A stretch of 64,000 nucleotides of DNA from the IMG/VR virus record IMGVR_UViG_3300012979_000030, positions 42,511-106,510 of that record. One strand, written 5' to 3'. This document shows, in pieces, positions 39,170 through 49,097 of this stretch. The DNA is from a virus (Duplodnaviria; Caudoviricetes). The position numbers and the translations under genes are program-made. Each line of letters starts with the position of its first letter. The first letter of the stretch is position 1. The notes beneath the pieces were generated by a model. It had not been told where the DNA came from. It worked only from the letters and a program-made list of their open reading frames with translations, and ran no database searches.

Positions 39170-39577
39170 ATGGCAGAATCATTTTCAAATTATTTAACAA
39201 AAAAGAGTATGTCATCTGGAAATACTCAAATCATAATACCACCTGCAAATGGTGCATCAGTTAATGGTGTAGTTGGAATAAGACCACTTGGTGCTACATC
39301 ACAAATCCATTCAATATATGTAACAAAGGAACAACCAGGTTCTACAATTATAACAGATGTAGAAGGAAATGGAGTTTATGTCAATCTATATATTGATGAT
39401 AATGGTTCAAAATATTATTTGGGACATAATATTTGTGTATTACCATATTCATCATTTTATATTGAGAAAACAATTACATTATTATCTCATCAATCATTGA
39501 ATATTGAATATACATCTCTAAATAAAACATCAAATACATTAAACGTTATATGTTCATGTGTTGATATTACAGATTAA
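39170..39577 (+). CDS. Small beta-rich putative structural protein
   Basis: ATAAATA upstream, AAGGA RBS, downstream terminator. Confidence 0.65.
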   Translation: MAESFSNYLTKKSMSSGNTQIIIPPANGASVNGVVGIRPLGATSQIHSIYVTKEQPGSTIITDVEGNGVYVNLYIDDNGSKYYLGHNICVLPYSSFYIEKTITLLSHQSLNIEYTSLNKTSNTLNVICSCVDITD

Positions 39578-39582
39578 TAAAG

Positions 39583-39608
39583 AAAACCACCCAAATGGGT
39601 GGTTTTTT
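39583..39608. terminator. Bidirectional intrinsic terminator
   Basis: AAAACCACCCA-AA-TGGGTGGTTTT. Confidence 0.85.
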
Positions 39609-39624
39609 ATTGATAATAGTATTT

Positions 39625-40209
39625 TTATTTTTTCCCTTTATTAGATTTTTTAAATGTATCAATTAATTCACCAATTGATGATGTTAATGTATTGATTTGT
39701 TCTTTCAATTCTCTAATATCTTCAGCATTTTTATTTTCCAATGCTGCTGTTTCTTCATGTTTTTTATCAATTTCTGAAATCTTTTCATCAAGATTTGGAT
39801 TAAATTGAGGTGATTTATGTGATTTATACTCTCTAATACCATTCATAATCTCTTTTGGTGTTTGAACATTATCGTTTGGTAATTGAACTAGAACATTATC
39901 ACTATCAATAACTTTAATCTTTCTCATTGCCCTCAAAACTCCCAATACAGTTTGTTTTGGGTATGACATGAAAAACTTTTTATCCAATACTCTCCATGTA
40001 TCAATTACTCGTTGACATTCATCACTATCAATCATTGCTGTTAATTCTGCTCTCATATCACTATCAAGTGTATCAATATCAACAACAGAACATGTATTTG
40101 CATCTGTTTCATTTTCCAATGCTAACATAACATATCTAGCATTTGTATTTCTATCTGTTGCATAATGTTTCAATGGTTTTCCCATAATATTATTGATTGT
40201 CATACTCAT
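39625..40209 (-). CDS. Hypothetical protein with C-terminal coiled coil
   Basis: AAGGAG RBS; TATAAATA upstream. Confidence 0.75.
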   Translation of the reverse strand: MSMTINNIMGKPLKHYATDRNTNARYVMLALENETDANTCSVVDIDTLDSDMRAELTAMIDSDECQRVIDTWRVLDKKFFMSYPKQTVLGVLRAMRKIKVIDSDNVLVQLPNDNVQTPKEIMNGIREYKSHKSPQFNPNLDEKISEIDKKHEETAALENKNAEDIRELKEQINTLTSSIGELIDTFKKSNKGKK

Positions 40210-40293
40210 ATCTCCTTATAAGGTCTATTACTGGAAATATTTATATTGTGATTTTTTGATTTTTTGATTCTAACAATTTTTGATTATATATTT

Positions 40294-40977
40294 TTATTTT
40301 ATTTTTGAAACTTTACCATTGTTTAAAACTTTGAGTGGGAAGAATAACACTTTTTTAACACGTGGGAATTTTTTTTGAACTGTTTTTAAAATCCCATATT
40401 TACCATTATTAATTTCATCACCAAGTTCTTTAAATGTTTGTAAATTTTTATCGTCGTCATCATACATACGAACAGCAGAATAATCCCCAGATTGTAAATA
40501 TTTTAATATTACATATTTTTTTCTATCAGCAACAACTGGAATATGTCTTAAATTACCACTTCTCTCAACATAAACATTTGGTATATCAACATCTATTCCA
40601 TTTTCTCTGAAAGTTTTTAAGAACAACTCTTTGTTATCAAAATCACTTCTAGCAGTTAAGAATATTACTTTTTCTGGTTTACCGTGTAATTTAATACAAT
40701 CAATTAATTTTTTTATTTTCTTGACCATTTCATCAATTGGTTTTGATGTTTTATTAAAAACTTCTGAACTCTTAAATTCATCAAAATTAAATGATTCACC
40801 TGGTTGCAATTCATATGTATTGAACTGTTGGTTATCTAAATCTCTAACCCTTTTACCATTCTTATAAACACCAACTTTTGCATATGTATGAAAAGTTGTC
40901 TCATCAATATCAATGAATGATATTGAATTACCAGTAATTGAATTATCAGATTCTGTAAGATGTAATAAAGTTTTCAT
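40294..40977 (-). CDS. HAD-superfamily phosphatase
   Basis: FIDIDET (DxDxT), FLTARS, K, MYDDD; start probably MKTLLHLTE. Confidence 0.8.
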   Translation of the reverse strand: MKTLLHLTESDNSITGNSISFIDIDETTFHTYAKVGVYKNGKRVRDLDNQQFNTYELQPGESFNFDEFKSSEVFNKTSKPIDEMVKKIKKLIDCIKLHGKPEKVIFLTARSDFDNKELFLKTFRENGIDVDIPNVYVERSGNLRHIPVVADRKKYVILKYLQSGDYSAVRMYDDDDKNLQTFKELGDEINNGKYGILKTVQKKFPRVKKVLFFPLKVLNNGKVSKIK

Positions 40978-41011
40978 AATTTTATTTATCACATCTTACA
41001 TGAATATAAAA

Positions 41012-41515
41012 TTATTCAAATGATTTGACCATGTTTAAACATTTGTTTTTAATACTATCATCAGTAACAATGTTTTTATTAGAATCATAGATATTATTAT
41101 CACTACCATAAAAATATCTATTATCACCATCAATCATTATTAAAGAATACACCTTCATAGATTTAGGTTGTTCTTTTATATTACATACTCTTGATAGTCC
41201 ACGTTCACTTAAAATATCAACTGATGATGTTTGTAATGAAAATACACTATTTCCAATGGCGATTCTACCATCAATTGATTTATATGCCAAAACACCCATT
41301 GATGGTATGTATTCTAAAAGATACCCTTTTGTTTTAACTCCATCAACAACAATATCATAATATCCAAAAGAATCACAATCATCATTTAAACTATTAAAAC
41401 CAAATTTTTTACCAATAGATACAAACATATCTGATATATTAGTTGGTTTGTTTAAGATTATATTCTTATAACTACTAATAATATAATTTTCCATTATATA
41501 ATCACTTAGTTTCAT
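41012..41515 (-). CDS. Hypothetical protein
   Basis: 167-aa ORF. Confidence 0.7.
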   Translation of the reverse strand: MKLSDYIMENYIISSYKNIILNKPTNISDMFVSIGKKFGFNSLNDDCDSFGYYDIVVDGVKTKGYLLEYIPSMGVLAYKSIDGRIAIGNSVFSLQTSSVDILSERGLSRVCNIKEQPKSMKVYSLIMIDGDNRYFYGSDNNIYDSNKNIVTDDSIKNKCLNMVKSFE

Positions 41516-41569
41516 TTTATTTTGCCTTTCATTTAATTTAGTGTTGAGTAGGTGAAGGAGGGCAAATAC

Positions 41570-41860
41570 CTACTCAACAACTTCAATTGATTTGATGCTA
41601 TCAATTTTGAAACTTCTCCATGAATTAACATCTAAATCAATAACTGATAATAAATTTGGATTTTCTGCTCTTACAGTTGGTGTTTTTCCTTCTAAAATCA
41701 ATTTTGAATTGCGTTTCTCAATTTCCTCAATAAATGGTCTAATAATATCATCAAGTAATGTACACCTCATTACTCGTTCAGAACCATCCGCCTTTGTAAA
41801 TACAACTCTACAAATTGACTCTTTTAATTGACTTCTAATTTCTTCTTTTGAAAATCCCAT
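41570..41860 (-). CDS. WYL-like/SH3-fold small protein
   Basis: VVFTKADGSERVMRCTL ... V.DLD.N.WRSFKIDSI. Confidence 0.8.
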   Translation of the reverse strand: MGFSKEEIRSQLKESICRVVFTKADGSERVMRCTLLDDIIRPFIEEIEKRNSKLILEGKTPTVRAENPNLLSVIDLDVNSWRSFKIDSIKSIEVVE

Positions 41861-41904
41861 TTATATCTCCTTTCTTTGTTTGTTAATCTATATTAGCATA
41901 TAAA

Positions 41905-42159
41905 TTAATACTTGTCAATGTATTTTTTAACTATTTGTTCAATTTCTTTTGTTGAATTACTATATGTTGGTAATTTGTTTGCTAATGTATTTAGTTCAAT
42001 TAACTCTCCATTTGTTTTTTCTGCAATTACTTTCCAAACATTTTTTAAGCAATCACCATAGTCATCTCTATCAACCAAATAACTTCTAATTTCTTTATAA
42101 CCAAATTGGTTTTTTTCTAAAATGGTTTTATGTTCACAAATGTAATAAGTTGGTGTCAT
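41905..42159 (-). CDS. Hypothetical early protein
   Basis: AAGGAG RBS; TTGACA-17-TATATT promoter at about 42187-42215. Confidence 0.7.
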   Translation of the reverse strand: MTPTYYICEHKTILEKNQFGYKEIRSYLVDRDDYGDCLKNVWKVIAEKTNGELIELNTLANKLPTYSNSTKEIEQIVKKYIDKY

Positions 42160-42253
42160 ATCAATGTCTCCTTTCTTGATGAATGTAATATATCACAAAT
42201 TAATTATATTGTCAACAAAAAAAGTGATTGAGGTATGAAATACCGAAAATCAC

Positions 42254-42280
42254 AGGGAGAAATGCAATTTCTCCCTTTTT
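42254..42280. terminator. Intrinsic terminator-like hairpin
   Basis: AGGGAGAAAT-GCA-ATTTCTCCCT-TTTT. Confidence 0.75.
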
Positions 42281-42473
42281 CTTGTCTAAAAAAATAATTT
42301 GAGATTGAAAAATTACTGCAGTAACATTATTAGTTTTTCTTTAGGAAATTGAATAATTATATTAAATAGTTATATTAATAGTATGTGTATGACAAGTTAT
42401 ACAAAATTTGATATAAATTATTGATTTAGTTAAATAATTTGAAATATAATAATTTACTAAAAATGTAAAAAAA

Positions 42474-42733
42474 GTAGTTAAGTTGTCCTAAAAATATGAC
42501 ATTAAGTGATTCAAAAATGACAAATTGACTCTTTTGTAGTTAAGTTGTCCTAAAAAATAGTTAAGTAGTGAAAAAATGAGCATTTTTGTAGTTAAGTTGT
42601 CATTAAGGTATTTTTGTAATATTTACAATGACTTATAACAACAAATATTTTTTGTCAAATTTTTATAGTTTTTAAATATGATTAATGTAATAAATGACAT
42701 TATAACTAAAATGTATGACAACTTAACTACAAA
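42474..42733. repeat. Iteron-like 14-bp repeats GTAGTTAAGTTGTC (3 direct, 1 inverted, 1 partial)
   Basis: Direct copies at 42474-42487, 42536-42549 and 42588-42601; partial copy from 42558; inverted copy at 42717-42730. Confidence 0.9.
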
Positions 42734-42826
42734 TTATAAAAAATAAAAAAATATTTGTTGACATTAAAAATAAAATGTGATATGTATGTATTCATAAATT
42801 AATTAACACATAAATGGAGATATATT

Positions 42827-43291
42827 ATGAAAAGAGCACCTGAATTGAGTATTAATGAGAGATTTATTTTACAATATATTATTGACATTACTTCAAAAGG
42901 TAAATTGTTTTACAGATCAGATGAAACAATTTCAAATCTATTAGATGTTGATAAACGAACAGTTGCTCGTATGTTTTCAAAAATGATTACAAATGGATAT
43001 TTAATGGTTGGTGAAGGAAACAAAAAACTTATTATGTATACTGGTAAGGAATTTGTTAGATTACCAATTTATTCTAACTATAAATCATTAAAAGCAAATA
43101 CAGTAATTAGAGAGTCAAAAATGTTGAAGAATACAATAACTAGTTTACAGACACAAAATTCAATTTTAATCAAACGTATTGATGATTTGACTAATAAGGT
43201 TGATTACTTAAATGAAGTTAATAAGGCATTACAACAAGAGAGAGATAACTTAATTATCACTATTGAAGACTTACATAGAGAAATTGGTTAG
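42827..43291 (+). CDS. Winged-HTH DNA-binding protein with C-terminal coiled coil (initiator-like)
   Basis: FYRSDETISNLLDVDKRTVARMFSKM..NGYL; heptad C-terminus; TTGACA at 42758. Confidence 0.7.
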   Translation: MKRAPELSINERFILQYIIDITSKGKLFYRSDETISNLLDVDKRTVARMFSKMITNGYLMVGEGNKKLIMYTGKEFVRLPIYSNYKSLKANTVIRESKMLKNTITSLQTQNSILIKRIDDLTNKVDYLNEVNKALQQERDNLIITIEDLHREIG

Positions 43292-44025
43292 AGTTGAGCA
43301 CAAATATCAACAGTGTCTAATACCAATTTCTTATCAAATGATGGGAATGCATAAGGGATAACATCTCTTAAAGCTGGATTATCATTAATTCTCCAAGCCA
43401 ATTCATCATCATAAATTTCTCTTGATGAATAATTTTCAATCTCGTCTGGTATTTTCATTATTAGGGAATCTGTTTCATCATACATACAATCACCAACACA
43501 AGCATATTTAATATCTTTGTTGTTTTTATCTATGATGAAATAGATTTCTCCATCTGACATTTCTTTATAATGATTAAAAGAATCATCTGATGCTCTGTTA
43601 GTTAAACACCAAGTTGTGTTAGCACCATATCTTCTACAAGCATCAACATTAAGTATATGATATATAACAAAGTTTTCATCATTATAAACTTTTTTAGCAC
43701 CTTTTCTAGCTCTAGCTATTAATTCAGATTGTGTTAAATAACCATTATTTCTAACTCTTGCTATATCATCTTCAAGTTCAAATCTATCTTTATAATCCAT
43801 TATTGGTTTAAGTTTATCTTTGAATTTGTCATAAGAATACAACAAATCATTTAATTCATAGTCTTCTTCACCATCATCTAAAGAACGAATCTTTTTATCA
43901 GTAACTTGTTGACAAACCCATTTGGTTTTAGCATTGGCAACACCATTGTTTGATGTTATGTTTAAAATAACCTTGTAAACATTATCGGGTATATTGGGGT
44001 ATATTCTTTCTTGAAGTAAAGTCAT
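43288..44025 (-). CDS. Hypothetical jumbo-phage protein
   Basis: ACRRYGANTTWCL...F.HY...IYFIIDK motif; N-terminus MTLLQE. Confidence 0.7.
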   Translation of the reverse strand: MTLLQERIYPNIPDNVYKVILNITSNNGVANAKTKWVCQQVTDKKIRSLDDGEEDYELNDLLYSYDKFKDKLKPIMDYKDRFELEDDIARVRNNGYLTQSELIARARKGAKKVYNDENFVIYHILNVDACRRYGANTTWCLTNRASDDSFNHYKEMSDGEIYFIIDKNNKDIKYACVGDCMYDETDSLIMKIPDEIENYSSREIYDDELAWRINDNPALRDVIPYAFPSFDKKLVLDTVDICAQL

Positions 44026-44060
44026 ATTAATCCTTATAAATTATGATGTATATTATATGA

Positions 44061-44837
44061 TTATCCGTGGAATATAGATGGGATATAACCACCTGGTGTG
44101 AAGTGCATAAGTTCTTTTTCAAGAAGTTCTTTTTCTGCTTTTGCCTCTTGCTTTAATTGAGCACCATTTTGATTTGTTGACCCAGCCATTGGACTTGGTA
44201 AACCACTACTAAATCTTTCTCTTAATTGACCTAATATTTCTTTTGCCTCTGCAAGTGCCCAGTTTTCAACCCACAAACCAGAATATCTATCTTGTAATAC
44301 CATATAATCTGGTCTATCAACCCATGAATGGAGTAAAATAATTTCATTATTACATCTTGGATTTTCAGCTAATACTAATTTATGTGTATTTGGATTAAAT
44401 GAAAAGTTCATATACATACCAAACATTTTTCCTGCTGTTTTTAAATAACTAGTATTTAAATCAAATGTTACTAAACCACCAACTTTTGAAGCACCCATTA
44501 AACCACACATATACATATTTGTCCATGCATATGCAAATGGGTCCATATTTTGACCTGATAATGAACTATTAGCTCTCCCATAACCTTTTCTGTATATTTG
44601 TTGAACTTCAATAATTTCATTGGGTAAAATGTATTCTTTTTGGTTTTGGACTAATGATAATAATACTAATGATTCTTCTTCACTTGCATCACTACGTTGT
44701 TTTAATTTTGCCAATGCCAAATCAATACATTTATCTAATGTTGATGGATCTAATTCAATGTCCATTTCATTTCCACCCAAACGGGTTAATATGGAATTTG
44801 CCACATTCTTTCTAACTTCAATAATATTAGTATTCAT
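44061..44837 (-). CDS. Neck protein (T4 gp13-like)
   Basis: RLGG..MDIEL, EYILP, LAEAKEILG..R..F, NG..LK.EA..E...LE. Confidence 0.85.
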   Translation of the reverse strand: MNTNIIEVRKNVANSILTRLGGNEMDIELDPSTLDKCIDLALAKLKQRSDASEEESLVLLSLVQNQKEYILPNEIIEVQQIYRKGYGRANSSLSGQNMDPFAYAWTNMYMCGLMGASKVGGLVTFDLNTSYLKTAGKMFGMYMNFSFNPNTHKLVLAENPRCNNEIILLHSWVDRPDYMVLQDRYSGLWVENWALAEAKEILGQLRERFSSGLPSPMAGSTNQNGAQLKQEAKAEKELLEKELMHFTPGGYIPSIFHG

Positions 44838-44932
44838 AATGATTCCTCAAATGCTATATAAAATTATTTATTATTAAAATAATACTTGACATTTGAAGTT
44901 AAATAGTATATATTTAATAAAAAAATAAGGTT

Positions 44933-45355
44933 ATGAATATGAGTAAATTGATTTCTGCTGGTGGTTTATTTAAATGTACTTCAACAAATAGATATTTGTT
45001 TGTTATGAGAAGTAGTAAGTCATCATATCCAAATAGATTTAGTCTTGTTGGTGGTAAAATTCATGTTGGAGAAAAGATTATGGAAGGACTACAACGAGAG
45101 ATAATTGAAGAGATTGGTTTTATGCCTGAAGTGTCTAAGTGGTCAATATTTAATAAGTTTACATCATTAGACAAAAAATTTGAATATCATTCAATTTTGA
45201 TATTGACCCCAAGAGAATTTATACCAACATTGAATAATGAAAATAGTGGATATGCTTGGGTTGATATAGAAAATCCACCAAAACCACTTCACCCAAGGTT
45301 GCGTGAAGTTTTATCTTCATCTGTATTAATAGATTGTATAAGTAAATATTCCTAG
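44933..45355 (+). CDS. NUDIX hydrolase
   Basis: Nudix box GGKIHVGEKIMEGLQREIIEEIG; LNNENSGYAW, PLHP; TTGACA-17-TATATT at 44886. Confidence 0.9.
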   Translation: MNMSKLISAGGLFKCTSTNRYLFVMRSSKSSYPNRFSLVGGKIHVGEKIMEGLQREIIEEIGFMPEVSKWSIFNKFTSLDKKFEYHSILILTPREFIPTLNNENSGYAWVDIENPPKPLHPRLREVLSSSVLIDCISKYS

Positions 45356-45467
45356 AAAAATCAAATACTTAAAAAATACATCAATAAAATCAAATACTTA
45401 TTAAATTTTAAGATATTTTTTGTTACAAATAAATACAAATACAAACACTTTAATTTAGGAGAATAAT

Positions 45468-47582
45468 ATGGTAGATATAATCAAAAAAGATGGAACAAAA
45501 GAACCATTTAATGAAGAAAAAATTATCAAAGCATGTAAAAAAGCTGCTGTTAGGACATTACATACATTAACTGATGAGGAACTCACAAAGATTATATCTG
45601 CTGTTAGAGAGTATTGTGCTGAATTAAATGAAGTTCCAATCGAGCAAGTTCATAATATTGTTGAGGTTGTTTTACAAAAAGTTAATAAAAAAGTTGCTAA
45701 TTGTTATAGAGCATATCGTAATTATAAGATTGATTTTGTTAAGATGCTTGATGATGTTTATCAAGAATCACAAAGAATTATGTATATTGGTGATAAAGAA
45801 AATGCAAACTCTGATTCAGCTTTGGTTTCAACCAAGAGAAGTTTAGTATTTAATCAATTAAACAAGGAGTTGTATAAAAAATTCTTTTTAACAAAGCCCG
45901 AATTACAAGCAATTAAAGATGGTTATATTTACATTCATGATATGAGTGCAAGACGTGACACAATGAATTGTTGTTTGGCAGATATTTCAAATATTTTAAG
46001 TGGTGGATTTGAAATGGGTAATATTTGGTATAATGAACCAAAGACATTGGATGTTGCATTTGATGTTATTGGAGACATTACATTAGCAATGGCATCACAA
46101 CAATATGGTGGTTTTACATTACCAGAAGTGGATAAAATATTAAAACCATATGCTGAAAAATCATATAAAAAATACTTTGACAAATATACTGAATTAGGAT
46201 TACCCTTTGTAAAAGCAAATGAGATTGCTAAAAAAGATTTGGAAACAGATTTCAGACAAGGTTTTCAAGGTTGGGAATATAAATTCAATACAGTTGCATC
46301 ATCAAGAGGTGATTATCCATTTATTACAATGACATTTGGATTGGGTAAAACCGAATTTGAACAAATGGCAAATAAAACTGCATTAGAAGTTCGTATGAAA
46401 GGTCAAGGTAAAGAAGGTCATAAAAAACCTGTATTGTTCCCTAAACTTGTTTTCTTATATGATAAAAATCTGCATGATGATGGTAAAGAATTAAATGATG
46501 TATTTAAAAAAGCACTAGAATGTTCATCAACTTGTATGTATCCTGATTTCTTATCCATGACTGGTGAAGGTTATATTTCAGAAATGTATAAAAAATATGG
46601 TAGAGTTATTTCACCTATGGGTTGTCGTGCATTTTTATCTCCTTGGTTTGAAAAAGGTGGTATGACACCTGCTGATGAAGATGATAAACCAGTATATGTA
46701 GGTAGATTTAACATTGGTGCTATATCATTACACTTACCAATGATTTTAGCAAAAGCAAGAGAAGAAAACAAAGATTTTTATGATGTATTGGACTATTATT
46801 TGGAAATGATTAGACAATTACATATCAGAACATATGAATATCTTGGTGATATGAGAGCATCAATCAACCCATTGGGTTTCTGCTTTGGTGGTTTTTATGG
46901 TGGTAATTTAGATTTTGGTGATAAAATCAAACCATTATTAAAGACTGCAACTGCATCATTTGGTATCACAGCTTTAAATGAACTACAAGAATTATACAAT
47001 GGTAAATCATTGGTTGAAGATGGTCAATTTGCATTAGAAGTTATGGAATATATTAACAAAAAGGTTGTTGAATTTAAAGAAGAAGATGGTAATTTATATG
47101 CTTTATATGGAACACCAGCAGAAAGTTTATGTGGATTACAAATTAAACAATTTGTTAAAAAATATGGTGTGATTAAAAATGTTTCCGATAGACCATATGT
47201 AAGCAACTCTTTCCATTGTCATGTTACAGAGGATATTAGTCCAATTGAAAAACAAAATTTAGAAGGAAGATTTTGGAATTTATTAAATGGTGGTAAGATT
47301 CAATATGTTAGATATCCAATTAACTATAATAGTGAAGCATTTGAAGTTCTTGTAAAGAGAGCAATGGATATGGGTTTTTATGAAGGTGTCAATCTTTCAT
47401 TGAGTTATTGTGATGATTGTGGACATGAAGAATTGGATATGGATGTCTGTCCAAAATGTGGTTCTAAGAATTTAACAAAAATTGATAGAATGAATGGTTA
47501 TCTTGCATATTCAAGAGTTCATGGTCATACAAGATTGAATGAAGCAAAAATGGCAGAAATTGCTGAAAGAAAATCAATGTAA
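45468..47582 (+). CDS. nrdD: Anaerobic ribonucleoside-triphosphate reductase (class III)
   Basis: ATP cone, YIHD, NCC, QYGG, FPKL, MGCR, TPAESL, NSFH, CxxC...CxxC, RMNGY glycyl-radical loop. Confidence 0.97.
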   Translation: MVDIIKKDGTKEPFNEEKIIKACKKAAVRTLHTLTDEELTKIISAVREYCAELNEVPIEQVHNIVEVVLQKVNKKVANCYRAYRNYKIDFVKMLDDVYQESQRIMYIGDKENANSDSALVSTKRSLVFNQLNKELYKKFFLTKPELQAIKDGYIYIHDMSARRDTMNCCLADISNILSGGFEMGNIWYNEPKTLDVAFDVIGDITLAMASQQYGGFTLPEVDKILKPYAEKSYKKYFDKYTELGLPFVKANEIAKKDLETDFRQGFQGWEYKFNTVASSRGDYPFITMTFGLGKTEFEQMANKTALEVRMKGQGKEGHKKPVLFPKLVFLYDKNLHDDGKELNDVFKKALECSSTCMYPDFLSMTGEGYISEMYKKYGRVISPMGCRAFLSPWFEKGGMTPADEDDKPVYVGRFNIGAISLHLPMILAKAREENKDFYDVLDYYLEMIRQLHIRTYEYLGDMRASINPLGFCFGGFYGGNLDFGDKIKPLLKTATASFGITALNELQELYNGKSLVEDGQFALEVMEYINKKVVEFKEEDGNLYALYGTPAESLCGLQIKQFVKKYGVIKNVSDRPYVSNSFHCHVTEDISPIEKQNLEGRFWNLLNGGKIQYVRYPINYNSEAFEVLVKRAMDMGFYEGVNLSLSYCDDCGHEELDMDVCPKCGSKNLTKIDRMNGYLAYSRVHGHTRLNEAKMAEIAERKSM

Positions 47583-47651
47583 TTAAATAAAATTATAGAC
47601 CAATATTGAAAAATAATAGATATTGGTCTATAATACTTATTAAATTAATAT

Positions 47652-48152
47652 ATGGAGTATACTATGAGATATCATGATATTACAAAAGATGATATGAAAA
47701 ATGGAATGGGTTTAAGAGTTGTTTTATGGGTATCCGGATGTTCACATTGTTGTAAAGGTTGTCAAAACCCAATAACATGGAATCATAATAGTGGTTTAGA
47801 ATTTGATGATTCTGCAAAACAAGAAATTTTTGAACAACTAGATAAAGATTATATTTCTGGTATCACATTATCCGGTGGTGATCCATTTTTTATGGGTAAT
47901 AGAGAAGAAATTTTAAATTTAATTAAAGAAATTAAAGAAAAATATCCAAATAAAACAATTTGGTCATATACTGGGTATGAATGGGAAGATGTTAAAGATT
48001 TAGAGCATATGAATTATATTGATGTTATGTTGGTTGGTAAGTTTATTCAAACAATGTTCAATGCTAATGCCAAGTGGGTTGGTTCTGATAATCAAAGAGT
48101 AATTGATGTAAAGAAATCATTAGAATCAAATGAAGTAGTATTATATGAATAA
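47652..48152 (+). CDS. nrdG: Anaerobic RNR activating radical-SAM protein
   Basis: NG.GLRVVLWVSGCSHCCKGCQN, GITLSGGDP, WSYTGY, GSDNQR. Confidence 0.96.
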   Translation: MEYTMRYHDITKDDMKNGMGLRVVLWVSGCSHCCKGCQNPITWNHNSGLEFDDSAKQEIFEQLDKDYISGITLSGGDPFFMGNREEILNLIKEIKEKYPNKTIWSYTGYEWEDVKDLEHMNYIDVMLVGKFIQTMFNANAKWVGSDNQRVIDVKKSLESNEVVLYE

Positions 48153-48188
48153 TAAATAATTACATATAAAAATAATAAGGAAATAATA

Positions 48189-48755
48189 ATGAGTTATAAT
48201 GATACATTAAGAACAAAAGTTCAAGGTCATTTGAGAATTTGGGAAAAAGAAACAGGTAAAGTTTTATTAGACCAACATAATGACATAAATCCAGAAAATT
48301 TTTCATATGCAATTGCAACATCATTAATTGGTCAATCAAGTGTTGGAAATATTAAATATATGGTATTTGGTGATGGTGGAGCACGTGCTACAAGTTCAAA
48401 CAAATATATATATTCTGTTCCACAAACAGTTGGTAGAGCAGCAACATTGTATAACAAAACATATGAACGTGATATGACAAAAACAGATGATGATAATTAT
48501 ATGGAAGTTACACATTCATCTGGTAATGATTATACTGATATTATTGTTCATACAACCATCAAAAAGGATGATGTTATTACAACATTAGGTAGTGATGGAA
48601 CAAATGGGTCAATTATAACAGAGGCAACTTTTTCTGAAATTGGGTTAGAAACAGCAAGAAATGATTTAATTACACATATTTGTTTCTTTCCAATTCAAAA
48701 AACATCTTCATCATCTCTTATTATTGATTATTTAATTAGAATTCAAATTATATAA
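48189..48755 (+). CDS. Putative baseplate/tail structural protein
   Basis: VQGHLRI, M.FGDGG, FSEIGL, LITH..F.PIQK, IDY.IRIQ; late-type motif upstream. Confidence 0.65.
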   Translation: MSYNDTLRTKVQGHLRIWEKETGKVLLDQHNDINPENFSYAIATSLIGQSSVGNIKYMVFGDGGARATSSNKYIYSVPQTVGRAATLYNKTYERDMTKTDDDNYMEVTHSSGNDYTDIIVHTTIKKDDVITTLGSDGTNGSIITEATFSEIGLETARNDLITHICFFPIQKTSSSSLIIDYLIRIQII

Positions 48756-48765
48756 GGATAAAAGT

Positions 48766-49026
48766 ATGTGGAATAGTATTAAAAATATGTTTAATACAAC
48801 ATATTTAAAGGGTAAAGAATTATTAAAGACTTCTTTTCAAATGTTGAAACAAACATTATTAACATTTGTGGAAGGAGTGTTTGTATATCTTATGGCATTA
48901 GTTACAGGGATATTACCTCTGTGTTGGGATTTTTTAACAAATGTTGTCAAATTATTGTATATTATGTTAAAAGATGGTATTATAAAATTGTTTGATAAAA
49001 TTAAAAACTTTATAAACAAATTATAA
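48766..49026 (+). CDS. Small hydrophobic/amphipathic protein
   Basis: 86 aa with a central hydrophobic helix. Confidence 0.6.
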   Translation: MWNSIKNMFNTTYLKGKELLKTSFQMLKQTLLTFVEGVFVYLMALVTGILPLCWDFLTNVVKLLYIMLKDGIIKLFDKIKNFINKL

Positions 49027-49097
49027 TAAGTGTTGTGGGTTGATTTATACTCTACTTGTTACCCACTTAAAATAAAGAACTAAAGGAGAAATATAAT

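Noticed and set aside
42474-42733. CRISPR-like mini-array
   Set aside because: The repeats are only 14 bp, irregularly spaced and partly inverted, and no cas genes are present; they fit iterons or operators better.
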